This document shows, piece by piece, positions 13,817-25,634 of a stretch of DNA of 64,000 nt. Made by a program: the position numbers and the translations under genes. The notes beneath the pieces are model-generated. The model was not told the DNA's origin, made no database searches, and saw only the letters and a list, made by a program, of their open reading frames with translations. The stretch comes from Eledone cirrhosa (lineage: Eukaryota). The stretch spans positions 97,388-161,387 of the forward strand of contig CAXHJY010001386.1 of the NCBI GenBank assembly GCA_964016885.1, in the 5' to 3' direction. Numbering within the stretch: position 1 is the stretch's first letter; each line of letters opens with the position of its first letter.

Positions 13817-14214
13817 ATAGATAGATAGATAGATAGATATACATGTATATATATATATGGTGGCTGCCAACTCGTTTTCGAGTATGGCCACTATTTTATA
13901 TCCATGTAGGAGAACCCCTACCGATGCGCTGAACGAGTGTGACTTTTTAGTCCAGCCAGCGACTTGAAAACACTGGTACAAACACCTCCCTTGTGACAAT
14001 TATTGACACATAGTGCTGGGCCCATGGTACCATGTGACAAGTGCAGAGAGATCTCCAGATATAAAGCAATGCCTGTGCCGTGAAGCTTTTATAGTGAGCA
14101 AAGGCACTGCACAAAGCCAGTCCCACTCTCTTAACCAAGAAGATATAGTTTTATATATATATACTTGTATAAATGCATGCGCGTGTGCAGACGCATACTG
14201 CATCCAGTATAATA

Positions 14215-14360
14215 AAAGTATTGGCATTAGGAAGGGCATGCAGCTGTAGAAATTATACCAAAATAGAATGTATGCTCTCCCCTCCAAACCCATCTAGCCT
14301 TGAACCAATACAACCCATCTAGCCCATGCCAGCATGGAAAGTTGACAAAATGAGGATGAT
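14215..14360 (+). mobile_element. Degenerate RTE 3' tail
   Basis: TTAGGAAGGGCATGCAGCTGTAGAAA...CCCATGCCAGCATGGAAA...GATGAT. Confidence 0.7.
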
Positions 14361-14677
14361 ACACTTACACGCATACATAAAATACACACAAGCGTAATAA
14401 TATACACAAACATATATTAGAATTCATACACATAAATACATTCATCTTTGTATCAAATCTTAATTACTATCATTTTACATCCAGCATGAACTTCAGTGTT
14501 TTATCATTTATCTCTGATGCAGTGTCACACCAGCAGAGCATACCAGCTATTTTTCTTATTGTGTGGGTTTTTTTGCAGGTATGGTTGTTACAGTTGGATG
14601 GTAATATGTAGTGTAACATGTTTGTAGTACTTCTGGTGGTTGTGTGCTGTATTTATTGGTGGGGTTGATATATAGTA

Positions 14678-14869
14678 CAATGTTTCCCGAAGAGGGTTCC
14701 AAGGAACCCTAATGTTCTATAAGATAAGGTGTCTTTTAATAAATTTTATTACAATTCTTTTTTTAAATTTTTTTTTATTTTAATGCCTTATTCAAATGGA
14801 GGTATTGGTTCTGTGATTCTGGAAGGTCTTATAAAGGTTCCACATCAAAATAGGTTTGGGAACCACAAG
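14678..14869. mobile_element. Degenerate hAT (Charlie/MER5-like) MITE
   Basis: Ends CAATGTTTCCCGAA and TTTGGGAACCAC, with internal GGGTTCC..GGAACCC; no clear TSD. Confidence 0.5.
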
Positions 14870-15715
14870 TATGTGGTATTGTATAGTTGCTTCTGCTGCT
14901 GTGGTGTTCGTGGTGATGGTTGTGATGTGTAATTTATGTTAGTGCTGGTGTTGATGATGTGCAATGTAATGGTATTAATGATGGGTTGGTGTAGTTGCTG
15001 CTGTGGTATTGGTGGTGAAGGTGGCAGTGTATGGTGTTGTTGTTGTTGTTGGTGTACAGTGTATGATGTGTGCAGTGATATGTGTGTAGCATATGATATT
15101 TGTGTTTTTGGTAGTGTAGATTAGTAGGGGTATTGGTAAAGATGGAAGTGTTTTATATCGCAGAATATACGATTGTAGTTTGATGTGTGGTATTGGTGGT
15201 AGTAGTGGAGGTGTTTGTGTGTAATTGTTATTCTACTGAAACTTTACCGTTGAAAGCAGCCTCTACAACATCCTCTTGATGCTGCTACCACTGCCATCAT
15301 CGACTGCAGCAATATAAGCATTAACCAGAGCTGCTGCAACTACTGCTTCTACCACTATTACTTCTGTGGTTGCTGCTCTCATCAATATTACAAATGTCTG
15401 TAAATCAATTTCTGGCAAACATGGAGTGTTCTACACCTTACATTCATTCTAAACTACATCATCATCTCTCATCCTTTATCCCTTTCACACACACATTTTT
15501 TCCCATATGAGACTTAACAGTAATGAACCATTCCACAGCTCTCACAAGACTGGAATCTAGCAAAACTACCATTTCGCAATATGTGTTGTTAGATTCAATC
15601 TCCAAGCACTCATCACCACAATAGGGTTTTGGGACATGATCCCCTTTATCATCATTATTATTTGCTTGGTAATACTTATAATAAATTATAGCAATACAGA
15701 AAAGATTATTATTAA

Positions 15716-15975
15716 TAATTGTTTCTACTTTTGGCACAAGACCAGCAATTACTCAGTACATTACTGGTACTTTATTTTATCGACCCCGTAAGGATGAAAG
15801 GCAAAGTTAACGTCGGCGGGATTTGAACTCAGATCGTAAAGGGATGTATTATTAATAATGTTAAAAAATCACCATCATCATTCCTTTCATCCTTACGTGG
15901 TCCATAAAATAAAGTACCAGTAATGTACTGGGATAATTGCTGGCTTTGTGCCAAAAGTAGAAACAATTATTATTA
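15716..15975. mobile_element. Two truncated Nin/Deu-domain SINE copies in opposite orientation
   Basis: 15716-15845 (-) and 15883-15975 (+) both match the SINE at 16074. Confidence 0.88.
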
Positions 15976-16073
15976 TTCAGTCTCAAGTACTGAGGCTGAT
16001 TTAATTGACTATAACCTCCCTTCAAATTTTTGATTTTATGCCTTAATTAGAAATCATTATTTGTTTGTTTATA

Positions 16074-16262
16074 GGGCGGTGAATTGGCAGTATCGGTAGA
16101 GGCTCGGACGCCATGCTTTGACGCATAGTTACGGCCCTTGCCATTCTGAGTTCAAATCCCGCCGAGGTTAACTTTGCCTTTCATCCTTATGGGGTCGATA
16201 AAATAAAGTACCAGTAATCTACTGGGTAATTATTGGCCTTGTGCCAATAGTAGAAACAATTA
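16074..16262 (+). mobile_element. Full-length tRNA-derived Nin/Deu-domain SINE
   Basis: B box GAGTTCAAATC; GCCTTTCATCCTT..GGGGTCGATAAAATAAAGTACCAG core; 18-bp TSD ATTATTTGTTTGTTTATA (16056-16073 and 16259-16276). Confidence 0.92.
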
Positions 16263-16619
16263 TTTGTTTGTTTATATTTGTTGCTTTAATTTTTCTACCT
16301 CCCTGTATTTGTAAACCCCCCCCCCCCACCCACCCACACACATCTCAGTGAAACCTTGTAATAAATCTGAGCAATCAAATATTTGCCCTACTATAATTTC
16401 ACAATGTCTTCCTAGATTCCTCTGTCGTACACATGCACACACACACACTCTGAACAGTTTTTGTCATGGTTGAGTGGGTATCTGAGGTGGGAAACAAGCT
16501 ATAACCATTCCTAACCACTAAACTCATTCGCTTACTGAGTGGGGTGGAACTCATCAAATTGGACCAGGAAAAACAATGTTTTCATTGGTCTTTCCATACC
16601 TGGCACTATCTACTGGTCA

Positions 16620-16750
16620 CAACTCCTAGCAGAAAGAGCAACATAAAATAAAGCGTCTTGCTCAAGGACATAATGCATCACCCAGTCCAGGAAGTGAACT
16701 TGCAACCTCATGATTTCAAATCCAATTATCTAATTACTAAGCCATGTGCC
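16620..16750 (-). mobile_element. tRNA-derived SINE fragment (3910 family)
   Basis: AAATAAAGCGTCTTGCTCAAGGACA...ACTAAGCCATGTGCC. Confidence 0.75.
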
Positions 16751-16838
16751 ACATTATGATATTATGCCTATGTGACCTGCAAGGTTAACCCTTGCTTTAG
16801 CTGGAAAAAAGGCCTTAAAATGCTTGTTGGTTGGTATT

Positions 16839-16956
16839 ATGAGTTCAAATCCCGCCGAGGTTAACTTTGCCTTTCATCCTTACGGGGTCGATAAAATAAA
16901 GTACCAGTAATGCACTGGTTAATTGCTGGCCTTGTGCCAAAAAGTAGAAACAATTA
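16839..16956 (+). mobile_element. 5'-truncated Nin/Deu SINE
   Basis: Matches the 3' part of the 16074 copy. Confidence 0.88.
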
Positions 16957-17346
16957 TGTATATATAGATAGTCCACATGAATTAGGTTATTCATCTCTTT
17001 TTATAGCTTCATTAAAATTTAGCATAAGATCTTTGTTTATTACTTGACTAAAGGTTAGAGTATAGATCATGCTTACATGGAATATAAGGATGTATAGTGT
17101 TATATAATATCCAGTACACTCCACTGCTGCACTGCCTATCCCAACCTGTGCAGCCAAGATAGTAAGTACTGCAGGGCAACTTGTACAAATATATCAGCAT
17201 ATATATTAATAAATATATCAGTAGATATATTGATAGAACGATTGGAATATCAAAAAGTAGAAACACATAGTCACGTGCTTACATACACCCAGTATACACA
17301 CATGAAAAAGAGGCAATGAATTGGATGATGCATATAGAAATGAATG

Positions 17347-17500
17347 TCATCATCATCATCATCATCATCATCATACATCTATCTTCCACGCTAGTATGGG
17401 TTTAGACGGGAATTGTCCCACGTGAGGCAAGATTGGTTGTTTTGTTCGTATAGGACTGTCTGGCGGGTTTTCTATGGCTGGATGCCCTTCCTAACACCAA
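17347..17500 (-). mobile_element. RTE 3' tail (7514-type subfamily)
   Basis: (CAT)n, then TCCCACGTGAGGCAAGA...GGATGCCCTTCCTAACACCAA. Confidence 0.85.
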
Positions 17501-17579
17501 TATGTACATAAATTTACATAAATATGTCCATGTTTATCCCTATATATACATATTTTCCTGTGAACATATTGGCATGAAT

Positions 17580-17658
17580 TGTAATTCTATAATAAATAAA
17601 ATAGATTAAAATAATGTTCAACATTATTTTAATCTATTTTATTTATTATAGAATTACA
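17580..17658. repeat. Perfect AT-rich palindrome, 39-bp arms, 1-nt spacer
   Basis: TGTAATTCTATAATAAATAAAATAGATTAAAATAATGTT-C-reverse complement. Confidence 0.95.
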
Positions 17659-17954
17659 CTTACTCAAGAAAAGGTCCTATCTATTTAGCAAAGTAAATCG
17701 AGAGATATATACAGAAGAAAGAAATTGAGAAGGATTAACCAGTGTATATGATGGGAGTGGGGAATGTATGTGGCAGTACCCAGTTAAATAGATCAATGGA
17801 AAGATTCAATCAATATACTAATAAATTCATTGCACCTAACAGTTATAGTTATAATTTATTTAAAGATTTATACCTACCGTGTATGTAAAAAAACAACAAA
17901 AAAACTATGATATGCATAAAAAATATATTCATTAAAGTAGCGAAATTATCTTAC

Positions 17955-18005
17955 CATTGCACGTAGAAAACAAGGTTTCTGCGAGCGGTGTTGTCAAAAT
18001 ATCCA
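17955..18005 (-). CDS. Candidate 51-nt internal exon of an unidentified gene
   Basis: Minus strand reads ATATTTACAG|51 nt|GTAAGA; length is a multiple of 3 and two frames are open; CpG-containing in AT-rich unique context. No homology recognised. Confidence 0.35.
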
Positions 18006-18212
18006 CTGTAAATATTCTACCTTAATCGGTATAGGGCTAAAATTCTGCTATGCTATTTTCAGCTACATTAATTTTCAATTAACAAAGAAGGTTTTGCTGT
18101 TTGATGTTGCTATTATGGATAAAAGAGAGCAGGTACCTATATTTATTAATCTGTTTAAGTCCAAGGGCTATCCTATTGATGTTTAATAAAAATAGGCAGG
18201 GTATATGTGTTT

Positions 18213-18440
18213 ATAGGTGGTGAATTGGCAGTCAAGAGCATCAGGTTAACTGCTTTGGTTATTGGTTCTGGCTCTCTGCACTTCAAGTTCAGACCCCACA
18301 GTGGTCAACTTTACCTTTCATCTTTTTGGGGCTAATAAATAATGTACCAGTCTAGTGGCAGCGGATTTTCAGAAAAAGGTCAGGAAGGATACTTTGCAAT
18401 GTCTGAGCCAACTCTGTGTGCTCTGAGTTCAAATTCCACC
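18213..18440 (+). mobile_element. Degenerate Nin/Deu SINE copies
   Basis: GGTGGTGAATTGGCAG...GTCAACTTTACCTTTCATC...GTACCAGT, then a second head with CTGAGTTCAAATTCC. Confidence 0.65.
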
Positions 18441-18559
18441 TCCTTTTGCCACAAGTTTTGACTGGCAGAGTGTATCAGCAATGGAAACAGAATTTCTTTG
18501 ATCTGATCTAATCATCAGCATTTTTTCTTTTATATGTATTTATAAAGCAGGTGGCTCCA

Positions 18560-19400
18560 ATAATACAGAATTTGTTGATACATATATGTTAGGGCCTGTA
18601 GAGGGGTTCCAGGATGACAACTCTTCAGTGTATAAATTTGTTTCAGTGATTGTGATGCTTAGCATTTGTAACAATTGTGTGGGATCTCATTGCTTGCTAC
18701 TCGTGATTAATGAGTGTTTGATATGGCACTTCTTCTGGTTACATGTAGCGATTGGGCCTTTGTTGGTTGGTATGGCCTTATTGGAGGATAATTTCATGAT
18801 CTGTGTCCATGGAGTTAGTGCAAGTTTAGTATTAGGAGTTTCATGAAGTTTCATGTGAGTAAGTTATGCGTTTGGTTGTTAGATAGAATGAAGGGTGGCA
18901 TCATCTATGTAGGTATGGGCATTGTTAGAAGTGATGGAAAATAGGTCTTTGATATTTAAGAGGATGGGTATGGGGACAAAACCAAACCTTGGAACATACC
19001 AGGGATGGTAGTGTGTGGGTGAGGGAGATCTCAATCAGCATATACCATAATGGTGCAGTCTGACTGGAAGACTACAATCCAATAGTTAAAATGTAGTGTG
19101 TCCATAGATTGACAGCTTTCTTCAGTAAATTTATCAAGGGCAAGGACCTACTAGTAAATTACATAAGAGATTTAGTTTCCAGTAGATCTTAATTTACAAA
19201 AATCATGCTGTTGATCAAAGTGAGAGAGGGATTGAAGCTGTTGAAGAAAGTTGTTGTTAATTGTTGTTTTCACCACCTTTGAGATGACAGGAGTACAACA
19301 GGACAGTAGTTGACAGTTTCAAAGTGGTTGCCTTTTTTCAGAAGACACTTTTCCAAAGATCAAGAAGTGCTTTCAAAGTTAACATGTATGTGAAGATGAG
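18560..19400 (-). mobile_element. Highly decayed Jockey/CR1-group LINE RT remnant
   Basis: Minus-strand traces NYCPV, GMFQGLVLSP and TYIDDA in the expected order. Confidence 0.55.
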
Positions 19401-20675
19401 CCTGTTGAGAGGGAAAGGGGTAGTTTTTAAGATGTAACTAGTCTATGCATTCTTGTATTGTATGAATGTGTATCTTCCAAACACCAGCTTAATGAGAAAA
19501 TTATATTAGAAATGTGCCATGTCTTCCATTAGAAATGTGCACAGTCTTCCTTTAGAAATGTGGCCATGAAAGGGTCAAAAATTAATATTTATTGCTTTAG
19601 TCTGAGTTGGCAATGTCTGTATTACCTACCTAGTGGGCATGTTCCTGATGCATGCAGTCCAGCAGCAATTACTGAACATATACTATTAATCTTTTTGCTA
19701 GTAAGCTGACCATTGACCTGGTCAACTATACCTCTATAGTAATTAGTAATTGTTGATACTTTTTAGTTTGACCTCCTTTCACTCTATGACTGTTGTCTGT
19801 GTTTGATAATATCTAGTTAAGAGTCACTAGTATTTGCCCTTTTCCATAAAATACAGCTTTTACAATAAATTAATTGCACATCTAGAAAAGTACTTAACAA
19901 TTATTGCTGCCTTTTCTGGCAATCATAACCTTCTATTACATGCTTGTCTTAATTAACTGAAGTAATTAACTTTACATTGTTGTTTTATGTTATTTCTCTA
20001 TCTGTTAATCTTGTTTTGTTAGAGTGAATAACATTTGTTATATTGTTTGAAATGTTGTTAAGCACTTTAAATTTGTTATTTAACATCTGACCAATCCTAA
20101 TTGAGCATACTTATGGTTAAAGGTATTCCAGCCATGACCATCCCAACTTTATTTTTAGATGTTATGTATCAATGACTGCATTACTAAAAGTCTACTGTTT
20201 TTAGTGAGAGGGTATGATTTGAAGGAGAATTGGCTGTTATTTCTAGCATATCAACCTATCATGTAGAAGTCCCCTTGAGGTTGTTATTGTTATTTATCCC
20301 CAAGTCAGCTCTGATTAAGAAGTCCTGTCAGAAAGAGTGTTTCAATATTGGCTACTCCAAATTATCTAATTTAGCCTTCACTTTAAAAGAAAGTTGTTTT
20401 TTTATTTCAGACAAATTTAGTGGCTGTTTATGAGCAAACATGTAGAGGCTCATTTGTTGGGTCATTTGGAAATGATGTTGTTTAATATAGAACAGCTTGA
20501 TTTATTTAGCATAAGAAAACTGCAACATATTACTTTAATTCAGCAGTATTTCATTATAGAACAGTACATGGCACCACAATAAAATGCACTCAATCCACAC
20601 TGTAAAGTAGTATTTGTCTTAGAAGACTCATTTTTTGCCACAACTAAGCTACTTTAAACTTATCAACTGTTTTTT

Positions 20676-20906
20676 TAACCCTTTTGTGACAATATTTCTA
20701 ATGAAATACATACCCAGTGTGTTTTAATTAATTTTTAAAATAATGAAAAAAATTGGAGGGATTTAGTAAAATAAACTTTGTCATCACTGTGTTTTTCAAA
20801 CATTACTTGACAAAATGTTCTTACATAAAATTATGAACTCTTTAAAATGCTTTGTATCATAGAACTAGGGATGGTTTCAAGTGGGTTAGTATCAAAAGGT
20901 GTTTAA
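20676..20906. mobile_element. piggyBac-like MITE family (TTAACCC...GGGTTAA); related copies at ~39470-39698, 47040-47206 and 61280-61895
   Basis: TTAACCCTTTTGTGAC at the left end; shared internal ATCATAGAACCAGGG..GTTTCAG..TATCAAAAGGGTTAA. Confidence 0.55.
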
Positions 20907-21277
20907 TTACTAATTCATATATGGGTGCCTAGTGTTAGCTGATTGAATAGAATGCTGGTTTGTTAGGGTTAAAATATACAGATTTGTATCCTAACGCCAA
21001 TAGCAGTTATAGGCAGTTTAGTATTAAAAGGGTAAAACTGTCACTTAATGATTTATGGCTCACTCATATAAACTCTGTGGTCTTGTATAAGTCACTCATA
21101 TGACTTACAACTATGATGTATAGAAAGTTTTTTATATTTAAATCTTTCAAAATAACTTTTACAACAATTCTGACAATAATTTGCTGACAGCTTACCATTA
21201 AATTTTCTAATGGATTGTTCTCACTGAACTGTTTTGTCATTTTCTAAGAGTCGTAGGATCATTATATATATATATCA

Positions 21278-21467
21278 GGGCGGTGGATTGGCAGTATCGG
21301 TAGAGGATCGGACGCCATGCTTTCCAGCATAGTTACGTCCCTTTACGATCTGAGTTCAAATCCCGCCGAGGTTGACTTTGCCTTTCATCCTTACGGGGTC
21401 GATAAAATAAAGTACCAGTAATGCACTGGGTAATTACTGGCCTTGTGCCTAAAGTAGAAACAATTAT
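21278..21467 (+). mobile_element. Full-length Nin/Deu SINE
   Basis: Same family as 16074; TSD ATTATATATATATATC. Confidence 0.92.
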
Positions 21468-22315
21468 ATATATATATCTGCAGACAATAATTCAATGAAT
21501 TGCAGAGGATGATGAGAATAGGGCTAGTGATAAATATTATGAAGAGAAATGGAATGAGATGGTTGGGTCATATATTGAGGAAGAATGTAAGTCACTGAGA
21601 TGAGTGATGCAAATGAATGTGGAAGGAAATAGAGGAGGAAAAAGATGATGGAAGATGAATGAAAGCCAGGGGTTTGGTGAGGTGGGGATGCAAATGATAG
21701 GAAAAAATGTAGAAACTTGTCATGGGACCTGCAAGGCTAATCCCTGCATTAGCAGTGATAGTGACCTTAAACACTTGTTGAACTATATGTATCAGACTGC
21801 AGAAGAATGGAAACTTTCAGAGGAATCTGTCTTTTATCTGTTTTTGTTTTTTTAGTGGGTGCAGACAGACAGACAGATACACAAACACACACACACACTA
21901 TGATTTAAAAACAAACAATAACTTGAAGGAAGATATTGACTGTCATTTAAATTGTTTTGGATCTGTACCTTAGCAAGTTGATAGGCAATCATCAAGCATT
22001 CATTGATGAGTATTTACAGTATTCTAAAGGGAATTATATTTATCAAGTTTTCAATAATAAAGGATAAATTTTACTTTTTTCCTCCACAAGTTAGTAATTG
22101 ATTGCATGAGTCTGCAATGCACCATTTCCACATGATCCTACATATTGCATGTATCTCTTATGAAACTTAACCTACATATTGCATGTATCTTTTATAAAAC
22201 TTAACATGCACTTCAAGCCAAGGTTGTCTTTGGTCAAGTTGTAGGTCATGCAGCACCTTTTGTCACAGTCTCAAACCAGCTTGATATAACACAAGTTATG
22301 ATGTGTACTGTGGAC

Positions 22316-22640
22316 ACAGCATGAGCTAATGATTAAGGAGTTCATTTCGCAATCATTAGGTCCTGGGTTTGATCCCACTATGTGACATCTTGAATAAGTG
22401 TCATTTATCATAACCTCAGATTGATCATAGTGAAATTGAGTCGATGGAAACTGTTTGGAAACTCGTTGGAGGGACTGTACCTATAATTTAAAGGCCAGTC
22501 TTGTCACACACTGTCACACAGAAATTCCTTGAAAATTATGTTAAGGATACACATATCTGTGGAATGCTCAGCCACTTACACTTTAATTTCATGAACAGGC
22601 CGTTCCTTTGATTAAACGACTGGGACACACATAAAAACTG
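22316..22640 (+). mobile_element. Older tRNA-derived SINE (third family); related pieces at ~38490-38620 and 47400-47590
   Basis: Decayed A and B boxes; tail ACACATATCTGTGGAATGCTCAGCCACTTACA shared with 47505-47540. Confidence 0.6.
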
Positions 22641-22668
22641 AGTTCCATCCCACAGGTGTACATCTGTG

Positions 22669-22810
22669 TATACATGCACACACATAGATTACTTCACATG
22701 AAGTATATACATGCAAACACACTTATAGATTACTTCACATGAAGTATATGCATGCACATACATAGATTACTTCACATGAAGTATATACATGCACACACAT
22801 AGATTACTTC
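22669..22810. repeat. ~38-bp minisatellite, about 4 copies
   Basis: TATACATGCACACACATAGATTACTTCACATGAAGTA repeated. Confidence 0.9.
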
Positions 22811-23084
22811 CCAAGTTTAGCCATGCTTTTTATACTGTGAGGAAGTTATGACTCTTGTGAGATTGGATGGAAAATAATCATTTAAACGGAAGTAGGCAGG
22901 CATCTTATTTCTCTAGGGACACTGGCTTTGAATTCATTTATGCTTATGTACACATAACTTACTATCATCTCATCTGTGTGAATATTTATAATCTACATGG
23001 TTAAATGTATGTATCTTCATATGAATGTGTGTGATAGATATATGTATATTACCTATATATTTAAGTACACTCAAACGTATACAA

Positions 23085-23330
23085 GCAACCTCACTTGTGC
23101 TGGTGCCATGATAAAATTCACCCAGTTTACTTTGTAAACTGAGTAGTGTTAGGAAGGGTATCTAGCCATGGAAAATATACCAAAAATATAATGTCTGAGT
23201 GAGATGTGGTCCCTTGATCTATCTAGGAGGGCAGCAACTCCAAATATTAACTGATTCAGATTGACGGCCCATCTAATTATCGAAAATAGACGTAAAAGGG
23301 TGATGATGATGATGATGATGATGACGACCA
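23085..23330 (+). mobile_element. Degenerate RTE-type 3' tail
   Basis: GTGTTAGGAAGGGTATCTAGC...GACGTAAAAGGG(TGA)n. Confidence 0.7.
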
Positions 23331-24689
23331 TAAGTTTATTTGTTCTTTCATCTTCTTACAACATGGCCACATATTACAATTCTTGTCCCTTTATTAGTAC
23401 TTGCAATGACTCTATATATGTGATTTTCAGGCATTAAGGATCATATGTAGTATAACATTTTAAGAAGTGGTGTAAACCAGCAGCTCGAACAACTAAATTT
23501 ACTTTATTACATATACTGATTATCTTTTTCTCCTGTTTAAATATTTAAACACACACTGTTGCAAGGCTACAAAATTCTTGAAGTCGAGGCACATGATTAT
23601 ATAATGCAATGAACACATTTGTGGTAACGAAATATATCTCAAACTAAAACAATTAGTCACACATCTACTATGTCTTGATAATTGTCATTATTCATCATGA
23701 ATCTCATTGGGTTCCAAATTCTTCGAATTGGTAAAACAAGTATCGTATTTAGAATTTTTAAATTTTTTTCTTGTGAGGATACATTGGTTAAAATTCCTTT
23801 CTGTGTGGTGTAAGTGTTGTATTGAATGGCATTAATTGGGCTACCTTTATAAACAATAGTTGAAAGTGGAAACAGCATCAAACACTCCAGAAAGATTGAA
23901 TCACGTCTCTGCTGCTGGCCAAGCAATCATGCTTAGCATTGCACTAATATAGACGTCACAAATTTTATAATCATATTAGCATACAAATGTTCATTTGCTA
24001 CAAGCAATTTACCTCTATACAATTACTTCATTACTGTAATACAGAACTTGTTTAGTACCTCAGCAGAGTTAAGTAAATTAATATCTAACACTAAACAAGG
24101 TATCCCATTTTGATTTAGTACATGGATTATCATGAAGAATATTAGGTTGATCTTGCTACCATACAATTCAAGTTATATGGTCAGTTAAATAAACACACAC
24201 ACACACACTCACTACTGTGAGAATGAATATTCCAAAACAAAAAGAAAAGAAATGTCTCTAGAGATTTCATTTAAAAATATTATAAATGATTACAATGAAA
24301 TGTAAAGTTAGTTTCTTTAGTTTCCCCACATAACTGTTGCTTAAAATAAATACAAATGAACTGCTATAATTTGGGTGTCTATGTTGGTTTAAATGCATTT
24401 AAAATATTTTTTTTCAATAAAATCCTTAGTGAGAAATATTTAATACTGGTTATGGAACATTTAAATAAACTGTAGTGAATGTAGTTTTGTCTTAATTTTG
24501 TTGGGTGCTTATAACTTTACTTGAATATTAAGCTTTTTGATACCAAATTGCCTGATTCTGTCTCTGCTTCCATGATACAAAACTGTTTATTCTAGATACC
24601 TTTCATTTAATTTTACATAAGAACCTTTGTTAAAAAGCATCCATCTAACTGGAAGTTAAAAAATAGTTAGTTATAGCTCACACCTATTT

Positions 24690-25250
24690 AGGCTTTGCTG
24701 GCCTACAGGATTGCTCAGTTCATTGATGGCATTTGCACAAATTTGCAAGATACATGTCATGAAAAGAGAGCTTTATTTGAGAAAAGGTTGGCATGAATCT
24801 TGAGACTTTTCTTGATGCATCCACTCAATGATTCTACTGTTAGCATTGATGACTTTCTGGGGTTCTTATCAATAATTTTCTGCACCTTTCATACACATTT
24901 GGATTTTGTGATGGTATTAGGAACCTTAGCAAGTGTTTTACATTTGGTTACTGCTGTAGAATCTCCATCAGTGACTTCCAGCTCTTTGTGAACTTCGATG
25001 AGTGACCATGCAACTTTCAGGAACTGAGCAATTTCTAAATCACTATGCTCTGCCTTTAAGGCAAGGATTACAGTATGCCTTTTGTTTTGTTGAGTTAACT
25101 TGATGTTTGTCATCATTTATCTGAAAAGAAATGATAATCAGAACAAGTTAGAAAAAAAAATAGCAATACTCAGTTCAATAATTAAACTAACAATATTATG
25201 ATTATGTATATAACACCCTAACTACTAGACCAAGCACCTTCACTAATAGT
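24690..25250 (-). mobile_element. Tc1/mariner-like transposase N-terminal (HTH) remnant
   Basis: KRHTVILALKAEHSDLEIAQFLKVA is an HTH-like segment; frameshifted, and no TIR pair found. Confidence 0.5.
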
Positions 25251-25634
25251 GAAAGTGTAGTTTTTTGATTCAGTTGTAATTTTAACATTGATTTATAGCC
25301 TTTCAGTCATATTTAACTGATTAGTGAAGTCTAAGTTGTTAATGATGCAACTCAAAGCTACATTCTTGTTAATTAGCCCTATGCTATACCTAATCCAGCA
25401 AACATATGGTCAAAGTTATTCACGCCTTGGCCTTCCCTTCCTTTTTTAACTCAGAAGGATGGGATTCCTGAAAGATATCTAATAGGTTGAGTAGCTTCTT
25501 GTTGACTCAAGACAAATTTGTTTTAATAGCCTATGCTACTGTGGTACCAGTAACTTTTAGCTTTAAGGCTGTTCTATATAGATTTACATATCTAAAGGTA
25601 AATATAAACATATTAATTATAACAATATTACTGA

